Below, in pieces: positions 22,301 to 35,699 of a stretch of 64,000 bases of DNA. Numbering within the stretch: the first letter of the stretch is position 1; the number at the start of each line of letters is the position of its first letter. The notes under the pieces were generated by a model. The model was not told where the DNA came from. It did not search any database and was given only the letters and a program-made list of their open reading frames with translations. Made by a program: the position numbers and the translations under genes. Origin of the DNA: Macrostomum lignano (Eukaryota); assembly GCA_002269645.1 (NCBI GenBank), contig NIVC01001458.1:124001-188000 (forward strand), written 5' to 3'.

Positions 22301-25021
22301 TAAATGTGTTAACGCGTCGACAGATAGCGATGATGTAGGTGTATTGCCGCCTTTGGAGATCTTTAGACTAACATTTAACTCGTTTTAGCCGCTTAGCTGC
22401 CTGAGACTGCGCAAAAGCACCAGTCTGGCACTTAGGTTGCATGCTTATCATGATTGCTTAGATCGACTGATTGACTGGGAACTGTGCCGCTTCCGGTCCA
22501 CTGCATGTGACCTCTGCCCCTAGATCTAGCCACTCATCTCAGCTGGCATTGCGACAAAGAAAGAAAACGCCAAGTCTTTAACTTCCAGATTTAACTTTCT
22601 CACTTAATCCGCAATCGTAAACGCCTTAGATTTGTCGAAGCGAATAGCTACTTTTAGCATTAAATGACACTTCTGCCTCAAGTTTGGCACACAAAAACAA
22701 GTAAACAAAAGTGCAAATCCTATCAGACTACCTAGGAAGGGGTCAGACAAAGGGCGCACCCAGTTAAGCAGGTCAAGAGAGCCTCTCACCCAACCAATCA
22801 GAGGACCTATCTGCCGGTAGCCAAGGATTCCACAGAGACCGAAGTGCTCGGACGGGATGCTGATGCTGATATCAACTGACGAGTGCCGCCGTTACTCTTC
22901 AATTGCCGGATGCTGTTGCTGCTCCTAGATCACGACCGGGGAGTACTGACGATGCTGATCAGGGGAGATTTAACTATTGAAGCCGAAACTGCCGGGGGGA
23001 AGGGGGATCACGAGTGACCTCGGCCGAAAGACGAGCGTTGGAGAGAGCTCCGCCCAAGGAGTCCAAGGTTGCCAGGGACTGAACGGACACCTTTTGTCGA
23101 GCGCGGGCCGACATGCCGCCTTTTATAGATCTCACGCGGCCGATTTGTTATAACGAGCGCCAAATTTTCTCATTGGCTGAGAGCCTTTGTTAAAATCGGC
23201 GCCGAATTTTCTGATTGGTCGAGCCGGGGGCGGTCAGGTCGACTCTGATTGGCTGAGCTCAAGACCCCAAAGGCCCAACCCCATCAGGTGGCCTTCAGAC
23301 CCCCGGGAAGTTGACAGGCGCGGTCATAAATCATGAGCAAAACCGAATAAAAGTCACTTGTCTTGACATCCTGGCGCCAAAAGTGACTGCAAAAGCCCAT
23401 AAATCAGAGGAGAAGGTAATAGAGCGAGTGGGGAGGAGGCTGGAAGGACCTCTTTGACCCAGACAGGCTGGAGCCAAAAGTGACAGCTAGACCGCCATAA
23501 GTCACTAAAAATAGTGGAAAAAGTCACAAATCAGGGGGTCAGAATGAGATTAAAAACATTCCTCCCAGACTTAGTGTCGCCTGTCTAGACTGTTAGAGGT
23601 CAAACCACCTCAGATCCGGATAGCCTGACTTTCAGAGATGCGTAAACAACCCAAAATTAGAATCCTAAGGGAAGTACATTGAGTATCTAACATAATTAAT
23701 AATAATGTCATAAATTAGTATAGAACTCAGCCTAAATGAGAGAATAGAGAGAAATTCCTAAGCTAGCTTACTGACAGTAGGGGAAAAAGGGCATCGCAGC
23801 AAAATGTGCGGTTCTAAGATTGAAAAAAAGATGCGTCCTCATCATAATGTCTTAATGTCTTAGCGTCTGTCTGTCTTAATGTCTTAGTGTCGTAGCGTCT
23901 GTCTAACTTAATGTCTTAGTGTTCTAGCGTTTGTCTTTGTTAATGTCTTAACGTCTTTCTATCTTAATGTCTTTGCTTAGTGTCCTAGCGTCTGTCTGTC
24001 TTAATGTCAGTGCCTGATTGTCTTAATATTCTAGTGTCTTAATGTGTTTATGTCTGCCTTAGTGTCTTTTTGTCCCAGAGTTATAGTGCCCGTCTGACTT
24101 AGACCGTCTATGCATATTATAGTGTCTGTCAGATAGTCTTTGACTTTTAAAATGTTCGTTTCAAAGAAATTAACATGTAGTGCAGATTTACACACATGCG
24201 AAAATTTCAGGCAGTACTTTGCGATCATGGTCACTGCAATCATGTTCAACGCATGGATCTCGTTCTTTTTCGCTTACAAATGCCTTCGATTGATTGGCTT
24301 TGATTTCATCCTAGTTCTGGGCACAGTGCTGCTCATCCTTGCCTCCTTAGTTGCCGGATTCATCACTACTTGTGTGGTGAGTATGCAAATTTGTGGATTA
24401 TTTCAATGATTGATTTAGCATAAATAGGAACAGCTTTCGCCACATGTAAATAACGTATTTTTTAAAACTCTAAATCAAAAAATTACTTTTAGATATGGTC
24501 ACAATTCTAAAAATAAAATCACTTATAAGTTTACGTCAATTTTCTAAAAATAGAAGCACTTGTAAATTTGACGTCACGTTTCTAAAAATAGAAATACCTA
24601 CAAGTACTAGCTGACTTTATATTTCTAAAAATAGAAACACAAACTCTTATCATCAGGTTTTAAAAATCGAATCAAAATCGAATCGAAACGGCTCTTGCCA
24701 TAGACGTGCTAAAATTGGAAATGATTTTACCAATGCTATAAAAATACGATTTTAAACTTAAAAGCAACTGCACCGTGTGCGTACCTTGTAAATGCACAAA
24801 AACATCTCCACTTAACTTTGCAGTGGTTCCACGCGACCGTTAATCTGACCACTAACGAGAGCATCAATTACGAGCGCTACTCCTACCTTCAGGACGGCAG
24901 AGGCAACGCCCGCAACCCGTTTAGTCGGGGTCCAGTCAGCAATCTGTTAGAATTCTTTCATCTCAGATCGGCTAGACGGATACCCGAGCTCACTGATGCG
25001 GCTTTTCCGCTTAGCGTGTGA
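19312..25021 (+). CDS. Ankyrin-repeat DHHC palmitoyltransferase (ZDHHC13/17, HIP14/Patsas/Akr1-like), 559 aa, 4 exons
   Basis: Exons 19312-20058, 20990-21558, 24211-24376, 24824-25021 (sum 1680 nt). Ankyrin motifs TAAHWA, RPLHWAC, TPLITAC, TALHWA, APLHLAC, TPFQLA; cysteine-rich domain [37 protein letters not shown]; TTNE and NPFSRG motifs. Confidence 0.93.
20100..20338 (-). mobile_element. hAT-like non-autonomous element remnant with GA-rich interior (copy 1)
   Basis: Ends gtttgccaacccctg, the reverse complement of a cagggg(t)tggcaaac hAT-type terminus. Shares agaagagacacaaaccttgagcgggccggattgc with 58183-58230 and is homologous to the reverse complement of 34203-34300. Confidence 0.6.
21595..24065. 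repeat. Degenerate tgtcttaa/tgtcttag minisatellite (21595-21745 and 23845-24065) interrupted by the solo LTR
   Basis: The same repeat lies on both sides of the LTR. Confidence 0.85.
21749..23844 (-). mobile_element. Solo LTR (2096 bp), probably Ty3/gypsy-type
   Basis: Termini TGATG...CATCA, 4-bp TSD TAAT (21745-21748 and 23845-23848). Splits a tgtctt-type minisatellite. Minus-strand TATAAAA near 23121-23127 with upstream CCAAT boxes and a GC box; no coding capacity seen. Confidence 0.8.
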
Positions 25022-26280
25022 TTTTTATTGCTTTCAGCTTATTTTTTTATTGGTATTTATTGTATCAAGCTTCCAGAAAACTTGACCATTTTTTACCTGT
25101 TTGACACTTATGACTGCAGCTGAGAATTTGTTATTCGAGTGTAATCTCGGACGGCTTAATTAGAAAGAACGGAAGCTTCGTTTCTTAGAAAATAGTTTAA
25201 GGCCGGCCTTTACGCGTAGTGCATTGCAATTTCCTATCCACGTTCGTGTATTTCGTGTATTTATATAAACTGATTTCCGTGTTTTTAAGAAAAACCAGAT
25301 TGACATTTTTATATTTAAAAAAAATAAATTACAAAATTCAAATTCTTACAGCAAATTTTCTCCATTACATATGGAATCTTTATAGCCCAAAAAGATGTTA
25401 TCAGGGCGTCATAATATTACAATATATTAAACAGTTGCTCAACCTACATCATACTACTAACAGTATGCTGATAGCGAAACAGAGTATTTTTTGCAACACG
25501 ATATTCACTCCTCAGAATTGATTTTCCTTTTAAACAAAACCACAGTTCTGGCTGGGTAATTTCGAATTGAAGACGCTCAGGCCAGGCAAACAAGCACTCG
25601 GAGAAAAATTGGTTATAATGCGTCATAAAATACAGGGTGGGGTCAGTAGGCAGTGCGGGTGTGTTATAACGGAGACTTTTGAAACGCCACTCGTAATAAC
25701 AAGACAAAAAATGGTATTATTAATATGAGTATGAGAGAACCAAACAATTTCAATTTATAATTAACTAATTATGAATTGCAAATGGAGACAGAGTCGCTTG
25801 CGGCGAAGTGTTAACAATTACAACGGCAAAGAAGAAACGACAAACAAACAAAGAACACAAGTTGATTTCTCTTCTGCTAAAATGTTATCAAGATATTTAA
25901 AGAGAAAAATTCGTCTCGGTAGAGAACTTGGGAATAATATTAGTTTATTATAAACACTGGCTGAGCTAGCAAGTGAGAGTATATAGACTAGTAGCCCTAC
26001 TGAATGGTTTTAACTATTCATATTAATAATAATAAATGAATGACAGCTAAAATGAGGCATTTTGGCACACACGCAAACTCATAGATGACAGATTGCTAAA
26101 TGAACATTATAACGTTTTTAATAAATTAACTTAAGCTTAAATTAAGCTACGCAGACAGGGCAGGAACAAACAAACACAGACACGTGACGAAGAGAAAAAA
26201 CAGTATTCAGGTTTATCATTGGTTAGTTTATGCCATTCCCTTACCACATTCTCGATGATCAGCAGCCACTAAGTTACAAT

Positions 26281-29200
26281 TCAATCGCTAGCATCCGAGC
26301 TGGCCTGTTTAGTTGGCGACTTGCGCTGTCGAGGACTCTGGGCAGTTTTAGCCCGACGATTCTTGATATCCAAATGCTGCTGTGGAATCCATTCCAGATT
26401 GTAGTTGCCGCCGGGCGACAGGCCGCCATTGTTGTTGTTAGGGGCTGAACCGTCGGCAGAGTCAGCTGACAGGGCGGCAGCTTTGGAAGATTTGACAGCG
26501 TGGCGAGACTTAGCGGCCAGCTTCTTAGCCGGTGTGTAAGTCTTCAGCAGGTACCAAATACCGGCACAGGCCAGGGCAGCCAGCACAATCAGGAAGATGT
26601 ACATGAAGAATGTCTCGCCATCGAAGCCTTCGTCGGGTTCAAATAGGGACACGGTCTGGTTGATAGCCGAGTGCAGATAGTTCTTGCCTTCGGCGTCGCG
26701 ATAGCCAAGTTGAACGGTGAGGCCGAATGACCTGGCGGCCAGCTGCGGGTCGGTGTTGAACTGATACACAAAGCTGGCCTCGCGGCCGGGCTCCACGTCC
26801 TGGCCGTGGTAGCGCACGGTGCTGAAGTTCTGGATGACGTAGCTCATGTCCATGGGATAGCGGAATGCGGCCGTGGCCAGGTCTACGTGGAAAGTTGAGT
26901 CGCCTTTGTTACGCATGTGCATGGCAACCCGGATGGTCTTGCCGGTGGGCAGGTCGAGCGAGCGGCCAACCTGGCCGGCGCCGGCCGGATAGAGGAACAG
27001 GTGAGACAGCTGGACCTTGTCCGATGGGCCCAGCTGCAGTTTGGTCATCTCGTCCTGGCCGAATTAGGTAGGATAATAATTAACTCATCTCAAATGCACA
27101 CCTCTATTTTTCCCGTTCTGATCTCCAATCTCCCATTCATCAGATCTTTAATCTCCCAATCAGATCTCCAATCTCATATTTAGATCTCTAATCTCCCATT
27201 CGTCTCTCTTATCTACCACTCCTATCTCGAATCTCCCACTCCCTAGATCTCATAATCTCCCATTCAGATCTCCAATGTCATGTTTAGATCTCTAATCTCC
27301 AATTCCTATCTCTTATCTCCCACTCCTATCTATAATCTCCACCAAGATCTCTTAATCTCCCATTCAGATCTCCAATCTCATGTTTAGATCTCTAATCTCC
27401 CATTCCTCTCTTATCTACCACTCCTATCTCGAATCTCCCATTCCCCAGATATCTAATCTCCCACTTCTATCTCTTATCTCCCACCTTATCTCTTAATTCC
27501 CATGAGATCCCCAATTTCCCCAGTTCAAGACTCTCAAGTTGCGATTAAGATCCACAATTAGATTCGCACATCCCTACCACTACTCACTTTCCACTATTAA
27601 ATCCCTATTTCCGAAAAATATTACAAGCCACAGCATAATCAGATCACCTAAAAAAGTCACTGCACAACAATCTCGCTATTTATTCAAACTTTACAGACAC
27701 AATCGTGGAAAAACTGCAATGAAAACAGTCGTTTTTTAGCAATTGTCTGCAAAAACTTTTTTGCTTTTAGGTCCGACCACCAAGTCTTTCACCAAAAAAT
27801 ACTGTCAAAACAGATCTGCTGGCTTTGATCTAACCTTGAGCAGATCAAAAAGTCGTTTTTTAAGCTCCTCTTCGGGAAGCCCGTCCAGTTCGTCGGCCAT
27901 ATTTTTAGCCTTTACAATAGCAAATATAGCAGCATTTTGCTCATATTTCTACTTATACAAGTAGACGAATTAGACGAGAGGCGAAAGAAATAAAACGGAG
28001 CGAAAAGACAAGTCACGTTGAACTGAACTGGCGCGCGCTGGGGGGTTGGGGCCTGGCGGAGCACCCACCCCAGTAAAACCCTTAGCAGTGCGCGCATGAT
28101 TCAGCAAACCCCAAGCCTGCTCTCTCAGCTAAGGCGCGCGTCCCCTAACACAGCGAGACAAAGCAGTTGAGTTCTGTGCAGTTGTTAGAAGTCGAAGCAC
28201 TATTTCCTACGCTCACAGACAAATACATGCAAACTGCAGAATATATTTGCTCTGAAAACTTGCAATGAAGAGAAATTGTGGAAAATAAATCATGCCAAAA
28301 CAAGATAAAATTTGAACATTATAACAACTTAAGGTTTAATAAATGCACTATTTAGACAATTAGATGTTGTGTGCATTTGTGTACTTGTAAATTTAACCAT
28401 TTTAATGATTGAAATGACTTCTTATAGACGATATGCTTGAGCAAAGCTGAACAAACTCACCTGTTGTTCAGCTGAAGGAGTGTCAGATGCCATGCCTGGT
28501 TCCCCAGCACCAGAGTCAGCTGCACTACCAGTTGGCACCTTTTCAGCTCGCTCTGCACCCTCAGACTCAACATTGCCTTCTTCTTCTAGCTGATCCTCAG
28601 GACTAGCTCCACCAGCAGCACTTTCTTGTGCTAGGACAGCATCTTAAAAGAAAAAGGGATAGGCCTATATTATATTGATTATATCAAAAGTATAAAATGA
28701 AATAGAATAATTATTGAAGGAATGCAATTAAACTACTTTTAAGACTATTCCAAATAGTAATTACTAGTTACATTTGTTTAATATATAGCTTTTTTCAAAT
28801 TGATATTAATTTCTATAAAAGCTTTTTGAATATAATATTTTTTCTTTAGGCAAATATTTAAAAAATCTTTTGAATTTGACTCTTAATACTAATATTATGT
28901 AAATGTTTTATAATAAATAAGTAATATTTAGCATTATTGCAAGTATTGCTAATAATAAAAATTGAAACAAAAATCAATTAATCAAAATTGCTGACCATTG
29001 CATACTTAAATATATAATAATAATAATAATAATAATATTATATATAATACTTAGAGTAATTGTTTGTAATTCTTTATTTGAAAGTATAAAGAGCCTCTTG
29101 CCCTTGACTTCATTATAAAATGTTTTCAACTGATTGAGAATAAATAGGTCAAAATGAAACTCAAACTGACATCAATTAGGGATCTACTGGTCGTTATCGT

Positions 29201-29998
29201 ATATTAAAAAAGACAAGTTCAAGGCAATTAGGCAAAATATCATCAGATCAGCACCACAGTCAGGAAGGTGGCAGTTTGGTCGGAAAATTCCGGCGCACAC
29301 AAGCCCTTTTTGGGCACACAACGGCGCACAACGGCGCACAGCGGCGCGCCACAACAGCGCACAGCGGCGCACTGGCGCACAGCGGCGCACAACGGCGCAC
29401 ACCAGAGGACACCGGCGCATGGCGGCGCGGCGCGGCGGGCGCCGCGCCACATGCAGCGTTACCCTTGTGGCGATCCCATGTAACGATGTAAGTCGTTACT
29501 TGTTACAGTACACTATTCACTGTTCTATCTAATGTAACACTGCATTCTACCAAAAAATAAAAAATAAAATAAAATATTTTCCTTTTCCTTTTTACCTTTG
29601 TTTTTGCCATTTGCTTACTTTTTATGTTTGTTTTGTTTTAAAAATTAGAAATTTAATTAAAAATTTTTTAAATTTCTATTTTTGGTTTAACGATCTCAAT
29701 TTCTCATAATATAATATAGATAGCCCGTAACCGTCCCGTATATTGGCGCACAAAAATTGTTGCTATGTTGTAAAAAAAGGTCTTTTATTGTCGCAAGGCA
29801 GGTAGTGGCGGGCGCACAACGGCGCACACGAGGGTTTTTGTGTCGGCGCACGGCGCACAATTTTGGGAGAGGCCAAAATTTGTTCCGGCGCACACTCTGC
29901 CACCTTCCTGACTATGGGATCAGCAAAAAAATAAAGAGCAAATACTTACGAAATGCAAGCAGAGCTAGAAGAAGGACGGAAACTGCAAAAACTCTCAT
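26281..29998 (-). CDS. SSR1: Translocon-associated protein subunit alpha (TRAP-alpha), 334 aa, 3 exons
   Basis: Exons 29998-29950 (signal peptide MRVFAVSVLLLALLAF), 28642-28461 (acidic linker) and 27054-26281 (sum 1005 nt). Contains AAFRYPMDMSYVIQNFS, PGREASFVYQF, FEPDEGFDGETFFMYIFL, a TM helix and LEWIP, matching TRAP-alpha. Confidence 0.95.
27095..27520. repeat. Degenerate pyrimidine-rich atctcc/agatct repeat
   Basis: Imperfect tandem units in SSR1 intron 2. Confidence 0.8.
29254..29917. mobile_element. MITE (664 bp) with about 21-bp TIRs and an 8-bp TSD (hAT- or P-superfamily compatible)
   Basis: Left ccacagtcaggaaggtggcag, right ctgccaccttcctgactatgg (one mismatch). TSD GATCAGCA at 29246-29253 and 29918-29925. 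Many subterminal cggcgcaca repeats and an AT-rich core. Confidence 0.88.
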
Positions 29999-30049
29999 TC
30001 TACTTGCTTGACTTTCTTGATCACAGAATAATCTACAGAAATGGCTCAC

Positions 30050-30057
30050 TGACGTGA
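30050..30057. promoter_or_regulatory. UPRE-like element TGACGTGA upstream of SSR1
   Basis: Exact match to the XBP1/ATF6 UPRE consensus TGACGTG(G/A), about 50 bp upstream of the SSR1 ATG. Confidence 0.35.
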
Positions 30058-31431
30058 TGAAAGAAAAAAATAATACACGAGCAAGTTTATGCTGAAACTG
30101 AACTGTAATTTGTAGAAAACGTGAATGGGTTCTACGAGCATTTTAAGTACGCGCTATTTCTATCACTAGATTTAACAACGACATACGAATTAGAACATCT
30201 GTATTATAGTGCATCTAAAGAAAAATATAATTCACCTTTCGTAATTTTTTATGGGCTGCTATTTAGGAAATATCTTTGAATTTAAAGAATGTAAGTTGCA
30301 TGAGAGCCGTTTCAACGCCCTATTAATAATTGTACAACTACGCGAACATTATTACACTGTATAACGACCAAGCATTTCCCTGGGGTAGTTTATAATTCAT
30401 TCTTCTCTTAACTATAATATGTGTTGCGGGTAAACGATAAGTATTTGCATGAAAGTTAAGAAGGAGTATATGTTTTTTGAAATTAATTGCTCTTAATTAT
30501 TGCACTTTTACTTCATACCCCCATTAATAGCTATTGACGACTGTACGTTGCATCAAGTAAAGCGCCATGCACTTATGGATTTGCACTTATGCACTTATAG
30601 ATTTTAGTCTGTGTAGATTTTAAGACTAAAAAATTGAATTGCAATTCCGAAAACCAAGAGGCTGCGTTCTTAAATATGCAATCTAAGAATAATTGAAGAG
30701 CTAAGGGTATTAAAGAATGTTCTCACATACGGGTTAGTAGTTACATGTAAATCATGCTCTAAAGAAAATCGGGTCCAGCTAGATGTACACATGTACTTCG
30801 AAGTACATAAATTGAAGCCCCTTCAATGCTAAACACTGTAAAGTTACATGCAGTATTTCAACGTATGTCATGCATTTTACTGAGAGTGCTTGTTGTAATC
30901 TTGCTTCGTCGGCGACACGTTCCAGAAATACTTCTAATCTAATACTAACATAACAGTAAAATAAATTTAAATTTTGTAGAAAAAAAGTGTATGAAATGTC
31001 GAATTTTGCATGTAGCACGGAGTCACGGACACAGGACAGCAGTAAATTCCCTTGCATAAAAAGCGGATTGCATGTACAATGTCGCCTAAAGGGCAAAAAA
31101 GATTAAAAGACTGGTTTAATGGCGAGTACTCGTAATTACCCTGAATAGAAAGACTGCATGCTGTTCTGCAGCAGTATCTCTCGTTGTCCATTTTTTGCAG
31201 CTATTACTTTTTTAATTAGAGCGGATTACGGAAGTGCTGGGTGATTAAGACGGGCTGTCTATTCATCATGACCGCTAATGACATGTAGGACCTCATTGCA
31301 TGCAAGCTTTACAAAGGAGGAAAAGGCCATTATGAAACCATGGGAATCAGGAAACCAACACTGCCGATGCCTGTTACTGATCTTTTGAGCTACCGAGATG
31401 ATTATATGAAAGCTCATTTTATTACATTACA

Positions 31432-32565
<1,134 letters not shown>

Positions 32566-33404
32566 CAAACATATCCTCAAAGCAATATGAGATCGAGCTT
32601 CCATCAACTGGAAAAGCTTGAGATCTAAGTAGGCTGGAAAAAAATTTGAGACATCTGCATGGTCTGTTCATCATAAAATTGCTAATTCATGATGACTCCG
32701 AACCCACCCGGTCCCCAGGGAGAATCGAGACGTGATGCGGAGGTAAGTCACGCCATGGCGCCACGTTTCCAACTGGGCGAACCCGAGCCGAGCCGCCTGC
32801 CAGCCAGAGGGACCACCTTCGTGCCTCGAATCGCCTCATCTCTACTACAGATAGTTCAAGCTAAGGCAGCGACATCTTTTCCTCTTTCCTCTCTCGCTCC
32901 GGTCGGACCTGCTGCAGCCTGGCCTGCCGGATTATTGTGTAGAAAGACGAGGGTCGCGAAGGAGTGAAGGAAAAGACGGAGCTAAGAAAAAAGCGCCGGA
33001 TTTGGATTGGCCTGCTCGAAAATTCTTATTTTCTTTCTCCCCAAGAGAAAAAAGGGATAAAAATCCTCACTGATCCCGGTTCTCCTCTCTGCGGAGAGGC
33101 TGGGCAGAGCTACGCGATTTTCAATCGAATTTCGGCATCTTTCGATAAGACGTCGGGTATTAAAGGTTGAAATAGATTTCTGTGAGTACACGAATTAAAT
33201 AATTTTTGTCTGTAATATTTCTCAATTCGATTTCCTAACATTCCGCAGTTTCCTTTAGCTTAACACAGTTCCAAATTCTAGGCTTTTTTGTAGTTTATAC
33301 AGTTTTCTACAGCTATCCAAATCAGTCTTCTAGAATTCTTCACTGGAATTTCAGTTACAGTTCGACAAAGTTCTTGTATTTCCCACGGTTTAAAATTTGT
33401 AACT

Positions 33405-33675
33405 TTCTACACTTTCGTACAGTTTCACACAGTTCCCTACAGTTTCACACAGTTCCCTACAGTTTAACACAGTTCCCCACAGTTTCACACAGTTCCCTAC
33501 AGTTTCACACAGTTCCCCACAGTTTCACATAGTTCCCTACAGTTTCACACAGTTCCCTACAGTTTCACACAGTTCCCTACAGTTTAACACAGTTCCCCAC
33601 AGTTTCACACAGTTCCCCACAGTTCCCCACAGTTCCCCACAGTTCCCCACAGTTCCCCACAGTTCCCCACAGTTT
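33405..33675. repeat. 20/10-bp minisatellite (tttcacacagttccctacag)
   Basis: Tandem array. Confidence 0.92.
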
Positions 33676-34202
33676 GTCGACACTATGAAAATTTTAAGCA
33701 GTTTGTCTCGAATATATAATTTACTATCTATAATATTGTGCAGCTGGCACTGTACTTGTATAAACAGAATCGTTATAATGTCAAAATATGTCTACACATG
33801 TACTCTAAAGAGTAGCTAGAAGCCCAGGCCCGTATCAGACTGTGACTCCCGAGCTGTGTCAACATTGCTTCAGAGATATTCAGCTATATGTATATGCAAT
33901 AGTTACCAACGCTACTACTACTATACTAAATGAATCAATGCTTGCTCCACAGCGGAGGTCGAAGTTGAAGTCGAACTTTTCATAAGATCAATAATTCCAC
34001 ACTTGAGCTTAGCAACCTAGCCAGGTTGACAGGCAGCCCATGGAGGCGAGTGTTAATGGCATCGAATCCACTTATGGCGAATTCTTTTTCACTTTTTGGC
34101 GACCTATTTTTAGGCCATAAAAATCAATTTGTTTCTTACGAGCTTTAAGGCTTGCATAGTCTTACATTTTATAGACGATGTGACTAAAAGCATTGAACTG
34201 AC

Positions 34203-35165
34203 CAGGGGTCGGCAAACTCCGGTCCGCGAAGCCTCTCTATCCGGCCCTCGGTCCTTTGAAACTTCACAATAGCAATCTGGCCTGCTCAGGGGTTGTCTCT
34301 TCTCCACAGTCTCCTCTCTCCCCTCTCCTCTATCCCCTCTCCTCTCTCCCCTCTCCTCTCTCCCCTCTCCTCTCTCCCCTCTCCTCTCTCCCCTCTTCTC
34401 TCTCCCCTCTTCTCTCTCCCCTCTCCTCTCTCCCCTCTTTTCTCTCCCCTCTCCTCTCTCCCCTCTTCTCTCTCCCCTCTTCTCTCTCCCCTTTCCTCTC
34501 TCCCCTCTCCTCTCTCTCCTCTCCTATCTCCCCCTTTCTCTCTCCCCTCTCCTCTCTCCCCTCTCCTCTCTCCCCTCTCCTATCTCCCCTTTTCTCTCTC
34601 CCCTCTCCTCTCTCCCCTCTCCTCTCTCCCCTCTCCTCTCTCCCCTCTCCTCTCTCCCCTCTCCTATCTCCCCTCTTCTCTCTCCCCTCTCCTCTATCCC
34701 CTCTCCCCTCTCCTCTCTCCCCTCTCCCCTCTCCTCTCTCCCCTCTCCTCTCTCTCCTCTCCTATCTCCCCTCTTCTCTCTCCCCTCTCCTCTCTCCCTT
34801 CTACTCTCTCCCCTCTCCTCTCTCCCCTCTCCTCTCTCCCCTCTCCTCTCTCCCCTCTCCTCTCTCTCCTCTCCTATCTCCCCTCTCCTCTCTCCCCTCT
34901 CCTCTCTCCCCTCTCCTCTCTCCTCTCTCCTCTCTCCTCTCTCCTCTCTCCTCTCTCCCCTCTCCTTTCTCTCCTCTCTCCCCTCTCCCCTCTCCTCTCT
35001 CCCATCTCCTCTCTCCTCTCTCCCCTCTCCTCTATTCCCTCTCATCTCTTCCCTCTCCTCTATTCCCTCTTCTCTCTCCCCTCTCCTCTCTCCCCTCACC
35101 CCTCTCCTCTCTTCCCTCTCCCCTATCATCAATCCTTTCATCCTCTCTCTCCTCTTCTCTCTCTC
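34203..35165 (+). mobile_element. hAT-like non-autonomous element (copy 2) whose interior is an expanded CT-rich repeat
   Basis: Starts caggggtcggcaaac; about 100 bp homologous to copies 1 and 3; followed by about 870 bp of ctcctctctccc repeats. No second TIR found. Confidence 0.6.
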
Positions 35166-35699
35166 TGTTATTATCTCTTCTTTATTGAATATTTAATATC
35201 AATTTTTAATTATTGAATATTAAAAAAACTAAAATCAGCGATTTATTGTAGATATTTTCAATAAAAAAGTCTAACCATATTCAATTTCCGGAGAAAAGTA
35301 TGTAAAATAACTTTCACTCAGATAGAAATGGCGTCAGCAGGGTTCTTGATTAAAAGTACATTCGCTAATACCACTCAATCGCTGGCTAGTGGGTAAGTTA
35401 AGACTGTGCATTAATCTGCTTAGGAAAGCTCATTTCATTACTGATCTTGGGCGTTATAAAAATATGAAAATTAAATTGCTAAAGCCACCCTTAGCTGGGA
35501 GTCATGAATCCCTGATACTCTCCGTGATTCCTAAATACTGTAGTTTAATTTCTCATGCCTAAGCCTCGCTAATGAAACGTCTTGAGCACACGCTTAACTC
35601 AATACCTTATTGAAATTCCCTTATTCATTGGAACTAACAAGCGAGAAGAGTGCAGATTTTAAATAATATGTGTACCGGTTTTTCTTCCCATTCGCAGTA

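Noticed and set aside
25444-25707. 87-aa minus-strand ORF between the DHHC and SSR1 3' ends
   Set aside because: No recognisable motif or flanking splice structure; likely 3' UTR or intergenic
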